From positions 264,181-328,180 of the forward strand of contig CAXBFG010000002.1 of assembly GCA_963975155.1 (NCBI GenBank): 64,000 bases of DNA, written 5' to 3'. Position numbers and translations under genes: made by a program. Under the pieces are notes generated by a model that was not told the DNA's origin, did not search any database, and saw only the letters and a program-made list of their open reading frames with translations. The stretch's first letter is position 1; the number at the start of each line of letters is the position of its first letter. This document shows positions 55,107-64,000 of this stretch, piece after piece. Source of the DNA: an uncultured Gammaproteobacteria bacterium (GTDB lineage: Bacteria > Pseudomonadota > Gammaproteobacteria > Pseudomonadales > Pseudohongiellaceae).

Positions 55107-57193
55107 ACTGCTTGAATTGGCAGGATTATTGTAAATGTCGTTCCTTCACCAATCTCACTGACAAAATTTATCGTGCCCCTGTGCTCTGTCACGATTCTGT
55201 TAACTATAGTCAAACCCCAGCCTCTTCCAGCCGTTGAATTTCCAACTTCAGTATCTTTACCGCTAACATATGGCTCCCACACTTTTGAGCGCATATTTTC
55301 AGGTATTCCACTCCCACTGTCTTCGACTTCAATAACAATGTTTGAATCACGCATGTAAGTCCGAATAGCCAGTAATCCTCCATCAGGCATTGCATCCAAA
55401 GCATTATGAATCAAATTTGCAATAACAACCTGCATATCACTGAAATTACCAGTAAACTCATTCAGGTTTTCAAAATCAAGATCAAGCTGATAGTGTTCCA
55501 GATCTATCACTCGTATGCTGCGTCGGATAACTTCATTTATATCAAATGACGTTAATCTGGCTTCTTCTTCGTTTGCCTGTGAAACATCTGTGATTGACAA
55601 AGTTTCATCGACAATTTCCAGTGCCCGTGCAACTTCTTCATTTGCATATTTTTTATACGATTCCAGGTCTTCAAGAGTTTTAATTCTACCAATGCCCAAT
55701 TTTATGATATTCAATGGAGTTCGTATTTCATGATGACACTGTCGGGTAGCATGAACAATTGCTTCAATTTTTTGGGCTCTGATAAGCTGTATCTCAGCTT
55801 CATGTAATCTTTCCCTGTTTTCAAAATATAAATTTTCTAATTTTTCAAAAGGAGTAAGTCGATATAATATAGCCGCAATATAATTAACCAGCCTGTTCAT
55901 AAATCGTATATCGCGTTCACTATATGTCGACTGATTACTACGTTCTCCCATGACCACAATCCCTTCCAGGTATTCAGGAGAATAAAATGGGACTATAAGG
56001 CAATTTTTTCCTGACTTATATCCAAGCTCTGCCAGATATTCTTTTACTTCACTATCACAATTATCCAAAATATCAGGGCTTTTTCTAGTTTGGAAATTTG
56101 TAATCATAACAGCTTTTTCTGCTTCTAATTTTTCTCTAAAATATACAGGCTGTGTTATTTCGACGTAATGCGAAATTCTTTCATCTTGATCCCTAACAGC
56201 CAAAATTAATGTGTTTTTCTCTAACTGAAAAATATCATCCAGGACTCTGACCAAAATTGTGAATATAGTTTCCCTATCTTTCTCAACTGTTAATTGCTCT
56301 GCAATTTCTGAAATTACATCATCTGGTTCATACCAGTTCCGAATAAACTTTCTTCTAGCAGAAGTAAGTAAAAACTGTTGGAAAGGGATAGCTGCAAAAG
56401 CCCAAAAAATTATTACTATAAGAAGAGAACTAAATAAATAAATATTATTAAAATAAGTGAAGTTGTAAACTAAAGCGTAGCTGAATGCTATAAACCCAAG
56501 CGTTATACCCCACGCAACCTTTTTATTTATAATAACCGTTATATCCATAAAATCATATTTTGTTATCGCATATGAGAAAAACAAGGCTGGGAATATACTA
56601 CTTAAACGTCCGATAATTAAAAAATTATAGATATTAACCAGTGGTAAAATTACATTGAATAATGCGCCACAGATCATGAATGTTGCTACGCCTATAAACA
56701 AGAATTTAATCTTATCTCTATATTCTGGATAATTTCTATACCTTGAGTACAAGGTTAAAAGTGCGGCTAAAGCCAAAGAACCTTCGTATAAGAAATAGCA
56801 AAAAAATCCAAATGGATGATCTACATAGACAATCTCACCTGCTTCAATATATGCAGTACTAATAAAATCAGTGAATAATACCGCAGTTCCCAACAGTACA
56901 AAGATGACAATATTTAATCTTAAGAAGTAGCTTTTTTTCAGGACTGGGTAAGATGAACAAAAATAATAAAGTCCATTAGTGAAGATCATCGACGAGAAGA
57001 GCTGAAGTTTTGAAATTAAATTAACATCAACAAGCAATGGTAATTCGTTTATCAAAAACAGACAGATGCTCCACGACGCGACCCCCAGGTTAAAAATGAG
57101 GAGTCTGAAACTAGGAACATCTCTATTTCGGTAATAAAGAAAAGGACCAAGAAAAAACAGAATGCTAGCATTCAATAAAAACAGATAATTCAT
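55103..57193 (-). CDS. Sensor histidine kinase with N-terminal 7TM-type membrane domain, GAF-like domain, HisKA and HATPase_c
   Basis: 696 aa with ~7-8 N-terminal TM helices. H-box is CHHEIRTPLNII, N-box is NLIHNALDAM, and G-boxes are DSGSGI / GRGWGLTIV. Confidence 0.88.
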   Translation of the reverse strand: MNYLFLLNASILFFLGPFLYYRNRDVPSFRLLIFNLGVASWSICLFLINELPLLVDVNLISKLQLFSSMIFTNGLYYFCSSYPVLKKSYFLRLNIVIFVLLGTAVLFTDFISTAYIEAGEIVYVDHPFGFFCYFLYEGSLALAALLTLYSRYRNYPEYRDKIKFLFIGVATFMICGALFNVILPLVNIYNFLIIGRLSSIFPALFFSYAITKYDFMDITVIINKKVAWGITLGFIAFSYALVYNFTYFNNIYLFSSLLIVIIFWAFAAIPFQQFLLTSARRKFIRNWYEPDDVISEIAEQLTVEKDRETIFTILVRVLDDIFQLEKNTLILAVRDQDERISHYVEITQPVYFREKLEAEKAVMITNFQTRKSPDILDNCDSEVKEYLAELGYKSGKNCLIVPFYSPEYLEGIVVMGERSNQSTYSERDIRFMNRLVNYIAAILYRLTPFEKLENLYFENRERLHEAEIQLIRAQKIEAIVHATRQCHHEIRTPLNIIKLGIGRIKTLEDLESYKKYANEEVARALEIVDETLSITDVSQANEEEARLTSFDINEVIRRSIRVIDLEHYQLDLDFENLNEFTGNFSDMQVVIANLIHNALDAMPDGGLLAIRTYMRDSNIVIEVEDSGSGIPENMRSKVWEPYVSGKDTEVGNSTAGRGWGLTIVNRIVTEHRGTINFVSEIGEGTTFTIILPIQAV

Positions 57194-57235
57194 ATTTTTC
57201 TTAGTTAATTAATTATTTACTTGTAGCTTAACTAA

Positions 57236-58075
57236 TTAACGGCAGAAATACCTGTTAATATTTGAAAGAATCATATGTTGGCTTTTTCTTTTATTTCCTT
57301 CCAGCAAGCCACTTAAAACACTAACTGCGTATTTTAAACTTCCCTGCATAAGTAATAAGCCATCAACCATGAAAAACTGTAATGGTACGAGCCCAATTCC
57401 TAATCCCCACTTGAAGGCATTACTGCTTAATTTGGTTCTAACAAATATTACGCTGCAGTCAAAATCTTTAGCTTTTTCAAACAGCGGGAGACTCAGGAAG
57501 GGTGCTTTATCTTTACGATGCTCTTTTAATACCCCTAGCTCACGCATTGTCACAAATTTATTTTTTTTGCCTACTGACTCCAGCCAATATTTAGCAATAT
57601 CAATACTTTCATGGCGTTTAAGTGTAGATGATGAAAATGGTGAACTTTCACCGGCCAGACTGTCACTATCCACAACGAAACCCCAGCAGAATCCTATAAC
57701 CTGTTCATGTTTAAATAATAAACTCAGAATAGGTGTTCTATCTGGATCAGGAGCCAGGCATGATTTAATTTCTGCCAAGGCTGAATGAATTGTCCAGTTT
57801 TCACCCCAGCTTTCATTGAAAACATCTCGGTAACATTCAGCTAGACTGGTTAAGACTTCCTCATCAATCGTATGAACCTGTACTCCACTATAAAACTCCA
57901 TATGGAATTCAAGTCCAGCCTGTTCAGCAAGAGTTTTATTTAATTTCGCGACCCTTAGTTCATCTTCTGATTGCTCAAAAGCGGTATAAAGATGATTTAC
58001 TCTTGGGCGATATCCACCAACATCTGGCAGATTCTCTACAGCATTATTTCTATAATATGGCATGGCAGCCTCCAA
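57236..58075 (-). CDS. Hypothetical protein, possibly GNAT-fold acyltransferase
   Basis: 279-aa ORF in AT-rich DNA. Segments CYRDVFNESWGENWT and VIGFCWGFVV...MRELGVLKEHRKDKAPFLSL loosely resemble GNAT beta4-alpha3. The assignment is weak. The start may be MPYYRNN (58063). Confidence 0.4.
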   Translation of the reverse strand: MEAAMPYYRNNAVENLPDVGGYRPRVNHLYTAFEQSEDELRVAKLNKTLAEQAGLEFHMEFYSGVQVHTIDEEVLTSLAECYRDVFNESWGENWTIHSALAEIKSCLAPDPDRTPILSLLFKHEQVIGFCWGFVVDSDSLAGESSPFSSSTLKRHESIDIAKYWLESVGKKNKFVTMRELGVLKEHRKDKAPFLSLPLFEKAKDFDCSVIFVRTKLSSNAFKWGLGIGLVPLQFFMVDGLLLMQGSLKYAVSVLSGLLEGNKRKSQHMILSNINRYFCR

Positions 58076-58313
58076 ACTTTCATGCTAATTAAAAATTAAA
58101 TTTTGCTTGAAATAGTTCACAAATTTTGAATTCTCTCTTACAAAAATCAACAGACACTTGCATAGTTATTGCATATTTTCACGAACATAGATATTAAATC
58201 ACGCATTTTAGATTTAATTAAGCTATTTATTAACTTAAGCGACTGAAAAATAGTATGAATTTTAATTGAGAAAATTAAGATTCAGATAAATATAATATTA
58301 AATTGATATTACT

Positions 58314-60632
58314 TTACCAGTTTATTTGGAGTGCTATACCAGCACTGCGAGGAAGTCCGAACATATCAGCATAACTACGTAATCCATCACTTTTCACACG
58401 TGTTCGATACTGTTCATTGAGGATATTCTTGACCCAGAAGGATAAATTCCAGCTATCGTTTTGAGGATATACATCAATATTTGCACTCAGCAATTCATAG
58501 CCATCCAAAGCATATATAGCCTCTTCAGCCAGACTATTTTGTGTGCCTGAAAATTTACTTCTGAAATTGTAATATAAGCCCACTCTTGATCCGTACTGTG
58601 CAAAATCAGGCAATAGATAAGTCATCCCAAAATCACCATTCCATAAAGGTGCATAGGGGCGTCTACCGGAAATTGGGACAGCATTTTGAAATATATCTAA
58701 TGTCATAACGCCATCATTTCGCAATGTAGCATCCAGATATCCAAGATTTAAAGTCAAATTCAAATTATCACTGGGATACCAGTCCAATTCTACTTCCATG
58801 CCAGTGTGTTTAGCTCTACCCTGATTCGATAGGACGTTAATTGCTGTACTCGTCAATGCGTTAAGCCTACTTACAAAACCCTGTACATCGTCATAATCAT
58901 AATAAAATACTGCGGCGTTAAACCTTAAAGTAGAAGAAAAATCATTTTTCAAACCAAATTCATATGCCGTGATGGTCTCTTCTTTATAGGGGTCAATCTC
59001 TTGCGGAAACGATGGGAAGCCACCATAAAATCCTCCTGATTTATAACCATCTGCAATTGAAGCATAAACCAAGAGGTTCTCTTGAGGCGTCCACTCGACA
59101 CTGAAATTCCCGGAGAAATTATTTTCCAGGGAATAATCCCTACTCAAATTTCTAAAAACATAAAATGGCGTTGCACCTGGAACATATAAATTACCATTCC
59201 GGTATTCTTTCTCTTCATTGGTATATCGTAAAGATAAATTAAGCGCCCATTCTGGACTGACTACATAACGCATATTCCCGTATATCGACTGCGAAGATGT
59301 GTTTTGATCATAGTCTACGTTGCCTAAACTTAAGCCTGTACTGGCGATGACCAAAAAATTATCCCTGAATAAAAACCTTCTGCGTTCTTCAAATTTTTCT
59401 TCGCTAAAAGTTAGCCCTGCTAACCAGCTAAATTGTTGTGTTGGATCTGACTCCAGTCTGAATTCCTGGGAAAATACTTCTATGTCACTACTGGAAATTC
59501 GATGCGCAAATTCTCCTGAAGAGGCATCCAGATCCAGTTGAACGCCGTAATCATAAATATCATAGCTGCTGATTGAATTAAATTCGTAGCTGTTAACCTG
59601 CTTTGTTATGTGCAGTAGATTACTTAGATATTCATTATCTTGCTGATTAATCGGATCTGACAATACGGACGAACCGTCGGTACCCTGTGAATTAACCAGA
59701 TTAGTATTTGGCATTGTTTGCACAAGCTGATTGAATCCTGCCCAGCTCAAGCAGGATGCATCATTACGTTGGCCTGCTAAGACACTGCTACAAATAGAAC
59801 CAGTTGCATCATATACGCCAACGGTTCTACCTAAATCGATCTCTGATCTATCAGCCCCGCCCTGTATTTTCCACTCAATACTCAAATCATCTGAGTTGTT
59901 ATAATGAAGCCAGGAGCGGATATCCCATAACTCCTTTTCACCATATTCTTCACCTGTTGCAAGGCTTTTCTGCCAGGCATCTCCACGCGAGTCAATATGA
60001 CCAGACATCCTCCAGGCCAGAGAATCACTCAAACTCAGGTTTGAAAAAGCCTCAATAGATGCAGCATCCCAGGAACCATACTGAAAACGCACACTGCCGC
60101 TGTCCTCACCTATGATTGCCCGTTGAGTATTTAGCAATACTGCACCACCAGTGGTATTACGACCATAAAGACCACCCTGAGGACCTTTCAGCACTTCAAG
60201 TTGCTGAACATCAAACAATCTGGCAGCACCCATTACTACAGAGGTCTGATAAGTTTCATCAACGTAGACACTGGCAGTAGGAGTATTATTGGAATTGAAA
60301 TCCTGCAGACCAACACCACGGATGATCCAGCTTGGTATACCTGCTGAGGGATAATCTTCAAAAAGTTCTACATTTGCGATGGCTGCTGTTGCATCGGGGA
60401 GGCTTTCATAGGCGCGGGCCCTAAGCTCATCTGCATCCAGTACTGACATAGTAATGGAAACAGACTGGACGCTTTGCTCTCTTTTTTGCGCAGTGACTAC
60501 TATTTCCTGTATGTTATTTGCAGCTTGCGAAAAAACAGGAGTAACAGGTACGGCAAGAAACAGGAGCACGGCAACAACAGGCTTCAGGCAAAGTCCATTT
60601 TGATCGAGTCTTGATACAATCCAGGCCATCAC
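58314..60632 (-). CDS. TonB-dependent outer-membrane receptor
   Basis: 772 aa with a signal peptide and a plug (IQEIVVTAQKRE..., FNSNNTPTASVYVDE, LEVLKGPQGGLYGRNTTGG). The beta-barrel has the terminal motif ...GIALQINW. Confidence 0.9.
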   Translation of the reverse strand: MMAWIVSRLDQNGLCLKPVVAVLLFLAVPVTPVFSQAANNIQEIVVTAQKREQSVQSVSITMSVLDADELRARAYESLPDATAAIANVELFEDYPSAGIPSWIIRGVGLQDFNSNNTPTASVYVDETYQTSVVMGAARLFDVQQLEVLKGPQGGLYGRNTTGGAVLLNTQRAIIGEDSGSVRFQYGSWDAASIEAFSNLSLSDSLAWRMSGHIDSRGDAWQKSLATGEEYGEKELWDIRSWLHYNNSDDLSIEWKIQGGADRSEIDLGRTVGVYDATGSICSSVLAGQRNDASCLSWAGFNQLVQTMPNTNLVNSQGTDGSSVLSDPINQQDNEYLSNLLHITKQVNSYEFNSISSYDIYDYGVQLDLDASSGEFAHRISSSDIEVFSQEFRLESDPTQQFSWLAGLTFSEEKFEERRRFLFRDNFLVIASTGLSLGNVDYDQNTSSQSIYGNMRYVVSPEWALNLSLRYTNEEKEYRNGNLYVPGATPFYVFRNLSRDYSLENNFSGNFSVEWTPQENLLVYASIADGYKSGGFYGGFPSFPQEIDPYKEETITAYEFGLKNDFSSTLRFNAAVFYYDYDDVQGFVSRLNALTSTAINVLSNQGRAKHTGMEVELDWYPSDNLNLTLNLGYLDATLRNDGVMTLDIFQNAVPISGRRPYAPLWNGDFGMTYLLPDFAQYGSRVGLYYNFRSKFSGTQNSLAEEAIYALDGYELLSANIDVYPQNDSWNLSFWVKNILNEQYRTRVKSDGLRSYADMFGLPRSAGIALQINW

Positions 60633-60696
60633 ACCCTCTTGTTTCTTTTTTTTCTGGTTATCCAGAGAGTAAAATCACATTTTGAAGGAAAAATTA

Positions 60697-62949
60697 CTAT
60701 CCTTGTACCTCAACTACATCAACTTTCTGAAATCCTCTTGGCAGTTTATTGCCCCGCCGACCTCTCTCCCCCCTGTAATGCTCAAGATCATCCATGCTCA
60801 GGTTGATGTGACGCTTTCCAGAATATAACACAAGGCTTTGTCCTGCTGCTATAACAATAGTCGCGACTACATATTCAATTCGTTCCGCAACGCGAGCCGA
60901 AGGAATATTAATAATTTTATTGCCTTTACCTTTTGCTAGTTCCGGCAATTCATTCAATTTAAACATTAACATCCTGCCTTCATTGCTAATGCTGACAACC
61001 TCGCTATCTTCTTTATCATATATAGGTACCGGAGCTAATACTTTACCGCCTTTTGGCACTTTTAGCATGGCCTTGCCAGAACGGTTTTTACTCAAAAAGT
61101 TTTCCATTTTTGTGATAAATCCGTAACCCGCGTCAGAAGCTACCAGGTAATAGCCTCCAGGTTCCCCAATTAGCAGTCCTTCAAAACTGGCTCCTGAGGG
61201 CGGACTAACCCGGCCCGTTAAAGGTTCACCTTGCCCACGAGCAGAAGCCAGTGAGTGAGCCGGAATTGTGTAGGCGCGGCCGGTGGAGTCCATAAAAACA
61301 GCATTTTGATTATTTTTACCCTTAACGAATAACTTTAATTTGTCTCCTGATCTGTATGTAAGACTTGCGGGATCCACTTCATGCCCTTTAGCAGTTCTGA
61401 CCCATCCAGCCTCTGAAAGCACTACCGTCACTGGCTCTGAGCCAATTAGCTCTGCTTCACTAAAAGCCTGCGCCTCCTCTCTCAGAACCAGTTCGGAACG
61501 GCGATCATCACCAAAAGCCTCGGCATCTTCTTTAATTTCTTTTTTTATCAGTGTCTTTAACCTGGCTTTGGATTCCAGTGTTTGCTCCAGGCCTTTACGC
61601 TCTTCAGCCAGCTCTTCCTGCTCAGCCCTGATTTTAATTTCTTCCAGTTTGGCCAGATTGCGTAACTTTAATTCCAGGATAGCTTCTGCCTGCTTATCAC
61701 TTAATTCGAAACGCTTCATCAGCATTTCTTTCGGCTTATCCTGAGTACGAATGATTTCAATTACCTCATCAATATTCAAAAATGCTATCAATAAGGCATC
61801 AAGGATATGTAAACGTGAAGTTATTTTATCAAGACGATATTGCAACCTTCTGGTTACTGTCGTAATGCGAAAGCTCAGCCATTCCTTTAGCAATACATCC
61901 AGTGTTTTTACCTGAGGTCGCCCATCAATACCAATCATATTGAAATTGACCCGATAGCTTTTCTCCAGATCGGTCGTAGAGAATAAATGTGCCATCACTC
62001 CGTCAATATCAACTCTATTTGAACGTGGTTCTATAACTATTCGTGTCGGGTTTTCATGATCTGATTCGTCCCTTAAATCCACAATCATTGGCAGTTTTTT
62101 CTTCTGCATCTGCGCGGCAATCTGTTCCAGAACTTTAGCTCCAGATACCTGATACGGCAGAGCATCGATGATGATGTCATCATTTTCCTTATGATAGACA
62201 GCCCGACATCTGATCATACCGCGACCCGTTTCGTACAGTTCCTGAATATCTGCTCTGGGTGTAATGATTTCGGCATAGGTTGGAAAATCAGGCCCCTGAA
62301 TTATTTTGCATAATTCAGCAGTATTTGCTTTGGGATTTTCAAGCAGATAAATACAAGCTTCGGCTATTTCACGGAGGTTATGAGGAGGAATATCAGTTGC
62401 CATACCAACGGCTATGCCGCTGCCACCATTAAGAAGAATATTAGGTAGGCGAGCCGGCAAAATAACCGGCTCTTCCAGCTCTCCATCAAAATTCAGTTTC
62501 CAGTCAACGGTATCCTGGCCTAATTCGGCAAGTAAGACCTCTGCATAATGGCGCAAGCGGGACTCGGTATACCGCATAGCGGCAAAGGATTTAGGGTCAT
62601 CTGCCGAACCCCAGTTTCCCTGACCATCCACCAGTGGGTAACGATAGGCAAAAGGTTGCGCCATTAACACCATCGCCTCATAACAGGCTGAATCGCCGTG
62701 AGGGTGAAATTTACCAATCACATCACCGATGGTTCGAGCTGACTTCTTGAATTTTGAACTCGCTTTCAGTCCCAGTTCAGACATGGCATAAACAATTCGC
62801 CTCTGTACGGGTTTCAGGCCGTCTCCGATATGTGGCAGAGCCCGGTCATTAATGACGTACATGGAATAATTTAAATAGGATTGTTCGGCAAAATCGCTTA
62901 ATGCAATCTGCTCCATACCTTCATCGTTCAAGGTTATCAAATCGGCCAT
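60697..62949 (-). CDS. parC: DNA topoisomerase IV subunit A
   Basis: 750 aa, collinear with E. coli ParC ([45 protein letters not shown] with the catalytic Tyr). It lacks the GyrA box and is followed by parE. Confidence 0.96.
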   Translation of the reverse strand: MADLITLNDEGMEQIALSDFAEQSYLNYSMYVINDRALPHIGDGLKPVQRRIVYAMSELGLKASSKFKKSARTIGDVIGKFHPHGDSACYEAMVLMAQPFAYRYPLVDGQGNWGSADDPKSFAAMRYTESRLRHYAEVLLAELGQDTVDWKLNFDGELEEPVILPARLPNILLNGGSGIAVGMATDIPPHNLREIAEACIYLLENPKANTAELCKIIQGPDFPTYAEIITPRADIQELYETGRGMIRCRAVYHKENDDIIIDALPYQVSGAKVLEQIAAQMQKKKLPMIVDLRDESDHENPTRIVIEPRSNRVDIDGVMAHLFSTTDLEKSYRVNFNMIGIDGRPQVKTLDVLLKEWLSFRITTVTRRLQYRLDKITSRLHILDALLIAFLNIDEVIEIIRTQDKPKEMLMKRFELSDKQAEAILELKLRNLAKLEEIKIRAEQEELAEERKGLEQTLESKARLKTLIKKEIKEDAEAFGDDRRSELVLREEAQAFSEAELIGSEPVTVVLSEAGWVRTAKGHEVDPASLTYRSGDKLKLFVKGKNNQNAVFMDSTGRAYTIPAHSLASARGQGEPLTGRVSPPSGASFEGLLIGEPGGYYLVASDAGYGFITKMENFLSKNRSGKAMLKVPKGGKVLAPVPIYDKEDSEVVSISNEGRMLMFKLNELPELAKGKGNKIINIPSARVAERIEYVVATIVIAAGQSLVLYSGKRHINLSMDDLEHYRGERGRRGNKLPRGFQKVDVVEVQG

Positions 62950-63024
62950 ATCTGTTCTCTTAGCTACTCTCTTGTGAGTTATATATTGCGGTCATTTACT
63001 GTGACTGGTCGCACTTAATGACAC

Positions 63025-64000
63025 TTACGAAATGTCTGCCAAATTGCCATTTTTCTCTAACCAGCTCTTTCTGTCTCCGGAACGTTTTTTTGCCAATAAC
63101 ATATCCAGCAACTCGTTGGTTTTTTCTATGTGGTCCATACTTAACTGCACCAGACGACGTGTATCCTTATCCATAGTTGTTTCGCGTAATTGCAAAGGAT
63201 TCATTTCGCCCAAGCCTTTGAAGCGCTGCACATTTGCTTTACCTTTTTTCTTTTCTGCTACCAACCGATCAAGTATGCCCTGCTTTTCATCATCATCCAG
63301 CGCATAAAAAACTTCTTTGCCGATATCAATACGATATAAAGGTGGCATGGCGACATAAATATGACCCGCCACAACCAGCGGCCGAAAATGTTGCACAAAC
63401 AGGGCACTTAATAATGTCGCAATGTGCAAGCCATCCGAATCGGCATCGGCCAGAATACAAATTTTGCCATACCGCAGGCCTGTTAAATCATCTGAACCCG
63501 GATCTACTCCGATGGCGACAGCGATATCATGTACCTCCTGAGAAGCCAGTATTTCACTGGAATCAACTTCCCAGGTATTCAGGATCTTTCCACGTAAAGG
63601 CATGATTGCCTGAGTTACCCGATCGCGCGCTTGTTTCGCAGAACCTCCGGCCGAGTCGCCTTCCACCAAAAACAATTCGCCCGCCATTACATCCTGTGTA
63701 GCACAATCGGCCAACTTGCCAGGCAAGGCAGGCCCCTGTGTGACTTTTTTTCGGACTACTTTCTTGCTGGCCTTCAAGCGACTTTGTGCATTTTGAATAC
63801 ACATTTCAGCAATCAGTTCTGCCTCATTGGTATGCTGATTCAGCCAAAGACTTAATTTGTCTTTTACAACACCGGAAATAAAAACAGCACATTGTCTGGA
63901 AGATAATTTTTCTTTCGTCTGGCCGGAGAATTGCGGATCAAGCATCTTGGTAGACAGAATGTAGCAACATCGATCCCAGATATCTTCTGAACTCAATTTC
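63025..64000 (-). CDS. parE: DNA topoisomerase IV subunit B (C-terminal ~325 codons; the 5' part lies beyond the window)
   Basis: Toprim/C-terminal motifs LVEGDSAGGSAKQARDR, PLRGKILN, ILADADSDGLHI and RFKGLGEM. The reading frame is open to the window edge. Confidence 0.95.
   Translation of the reverse strand, partial: KLSSEDIWDRCCYILSTKMLDPQFSGQTKEKLSSRQCAVFISGVVKDKLSLWLNQHTNEAELIAEMCIQNAQSRLKASKKVVRKKVTQGPALPGKLADCATQDVMAGELFLVEGDSAGGSAKQARDRVTQAIMPLRGKILNTWEVDSSEILASQEVHDIAVAIGVDPGSDDLTGLRYGKICILADADSDGLHIATLLSALFVQHFRPLVVAGHIYVAMPPLYRIDIGKEVFYALDDDEKQGILDRLVAEKKKGKANVQRFKGLGEMNPLQLRETTMDKDTRRLVQLSMDHIEKTNELLDMLLAKKRSGDRKSWLEKNGNLADIS

Noticed and set aside
47836-60632. The AT-rich block as an anti-phage defence island
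   Set aside because: It has no nuclease, helicase/ATPase, methyltransferase, TIR/SIR2, reverse transcriptase, toxin-antitoxin or other defence-type domains. Its content is two-component and c-di-GMP signalling plus a receptor.

Overview
This 64-kb chromosomal segment has the gene content and local synteny of a gammaproteobacterium. In order it carries: an aldo-keto reductase/YaeQ/MscS block, tRNA-Leu(CAG), rnr-rlmB, and rpsF-rpsR-(membrane protein)-rplI. An ~8-kb regulator/receptor/transporter block follows, then dnaB-alr-radA, glutathionylspermidine synthetase, a DnaT-like protein, queG and nfeD-SPFH. Next comes a run of small redox/metal proteins (EncFtn-like, GGCT, two GFA, PhzF, CDGSH), an M13 peptidase, orn, rsgA, a rhodanese, psd and epmA-efp/epmB. 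The window ends with a visibly AT-richer two-component/c-di-GMP signalling block, a TonB-dependent receptor, and parC-parE (parE is cut by the window end). I call 55 protein genes and one tRNA. I see no rRNA, CRISPR array, transposase, integrase, phage genes or recognisable defence genes. The most unusual content is non-coding. (1) A ~360-430 nt two-domain element occurs three times (12293-12560, 15207-15634, 26848-27208). Its helices differ in sequence between copies but stay complementary, while its loops and cores are conserved. That is the signature of a selected RNA (or ssDNA) structure, and I cannot assign it to any family I know. One copy looks like an insertion with a 15-nt target duplication. 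(2) A perfect sigma-54 promoter lies ~70 nt upstream of a + strand intrinsic terminator in a region with no + strand gene, which suggests an ~90-nt sRNA. (3) An 87-bp tandem array of terminator hairpins follows rplI. (4) A 155-bp tandem duplication carries the last 16 nt of tRNA-Leu. Protein-level oddities are a protein with three tandem DnaT C-terminal-like domains, an EncFtn homologue with no targeting peptide and no adjacent shell gene, a catalytically degenerate class III cyclase-like protein, and a receiver protein with a long insertion and an unknown output domain. All protein calls come from reading the supplied translations against remembered family motifs. No database search was run.
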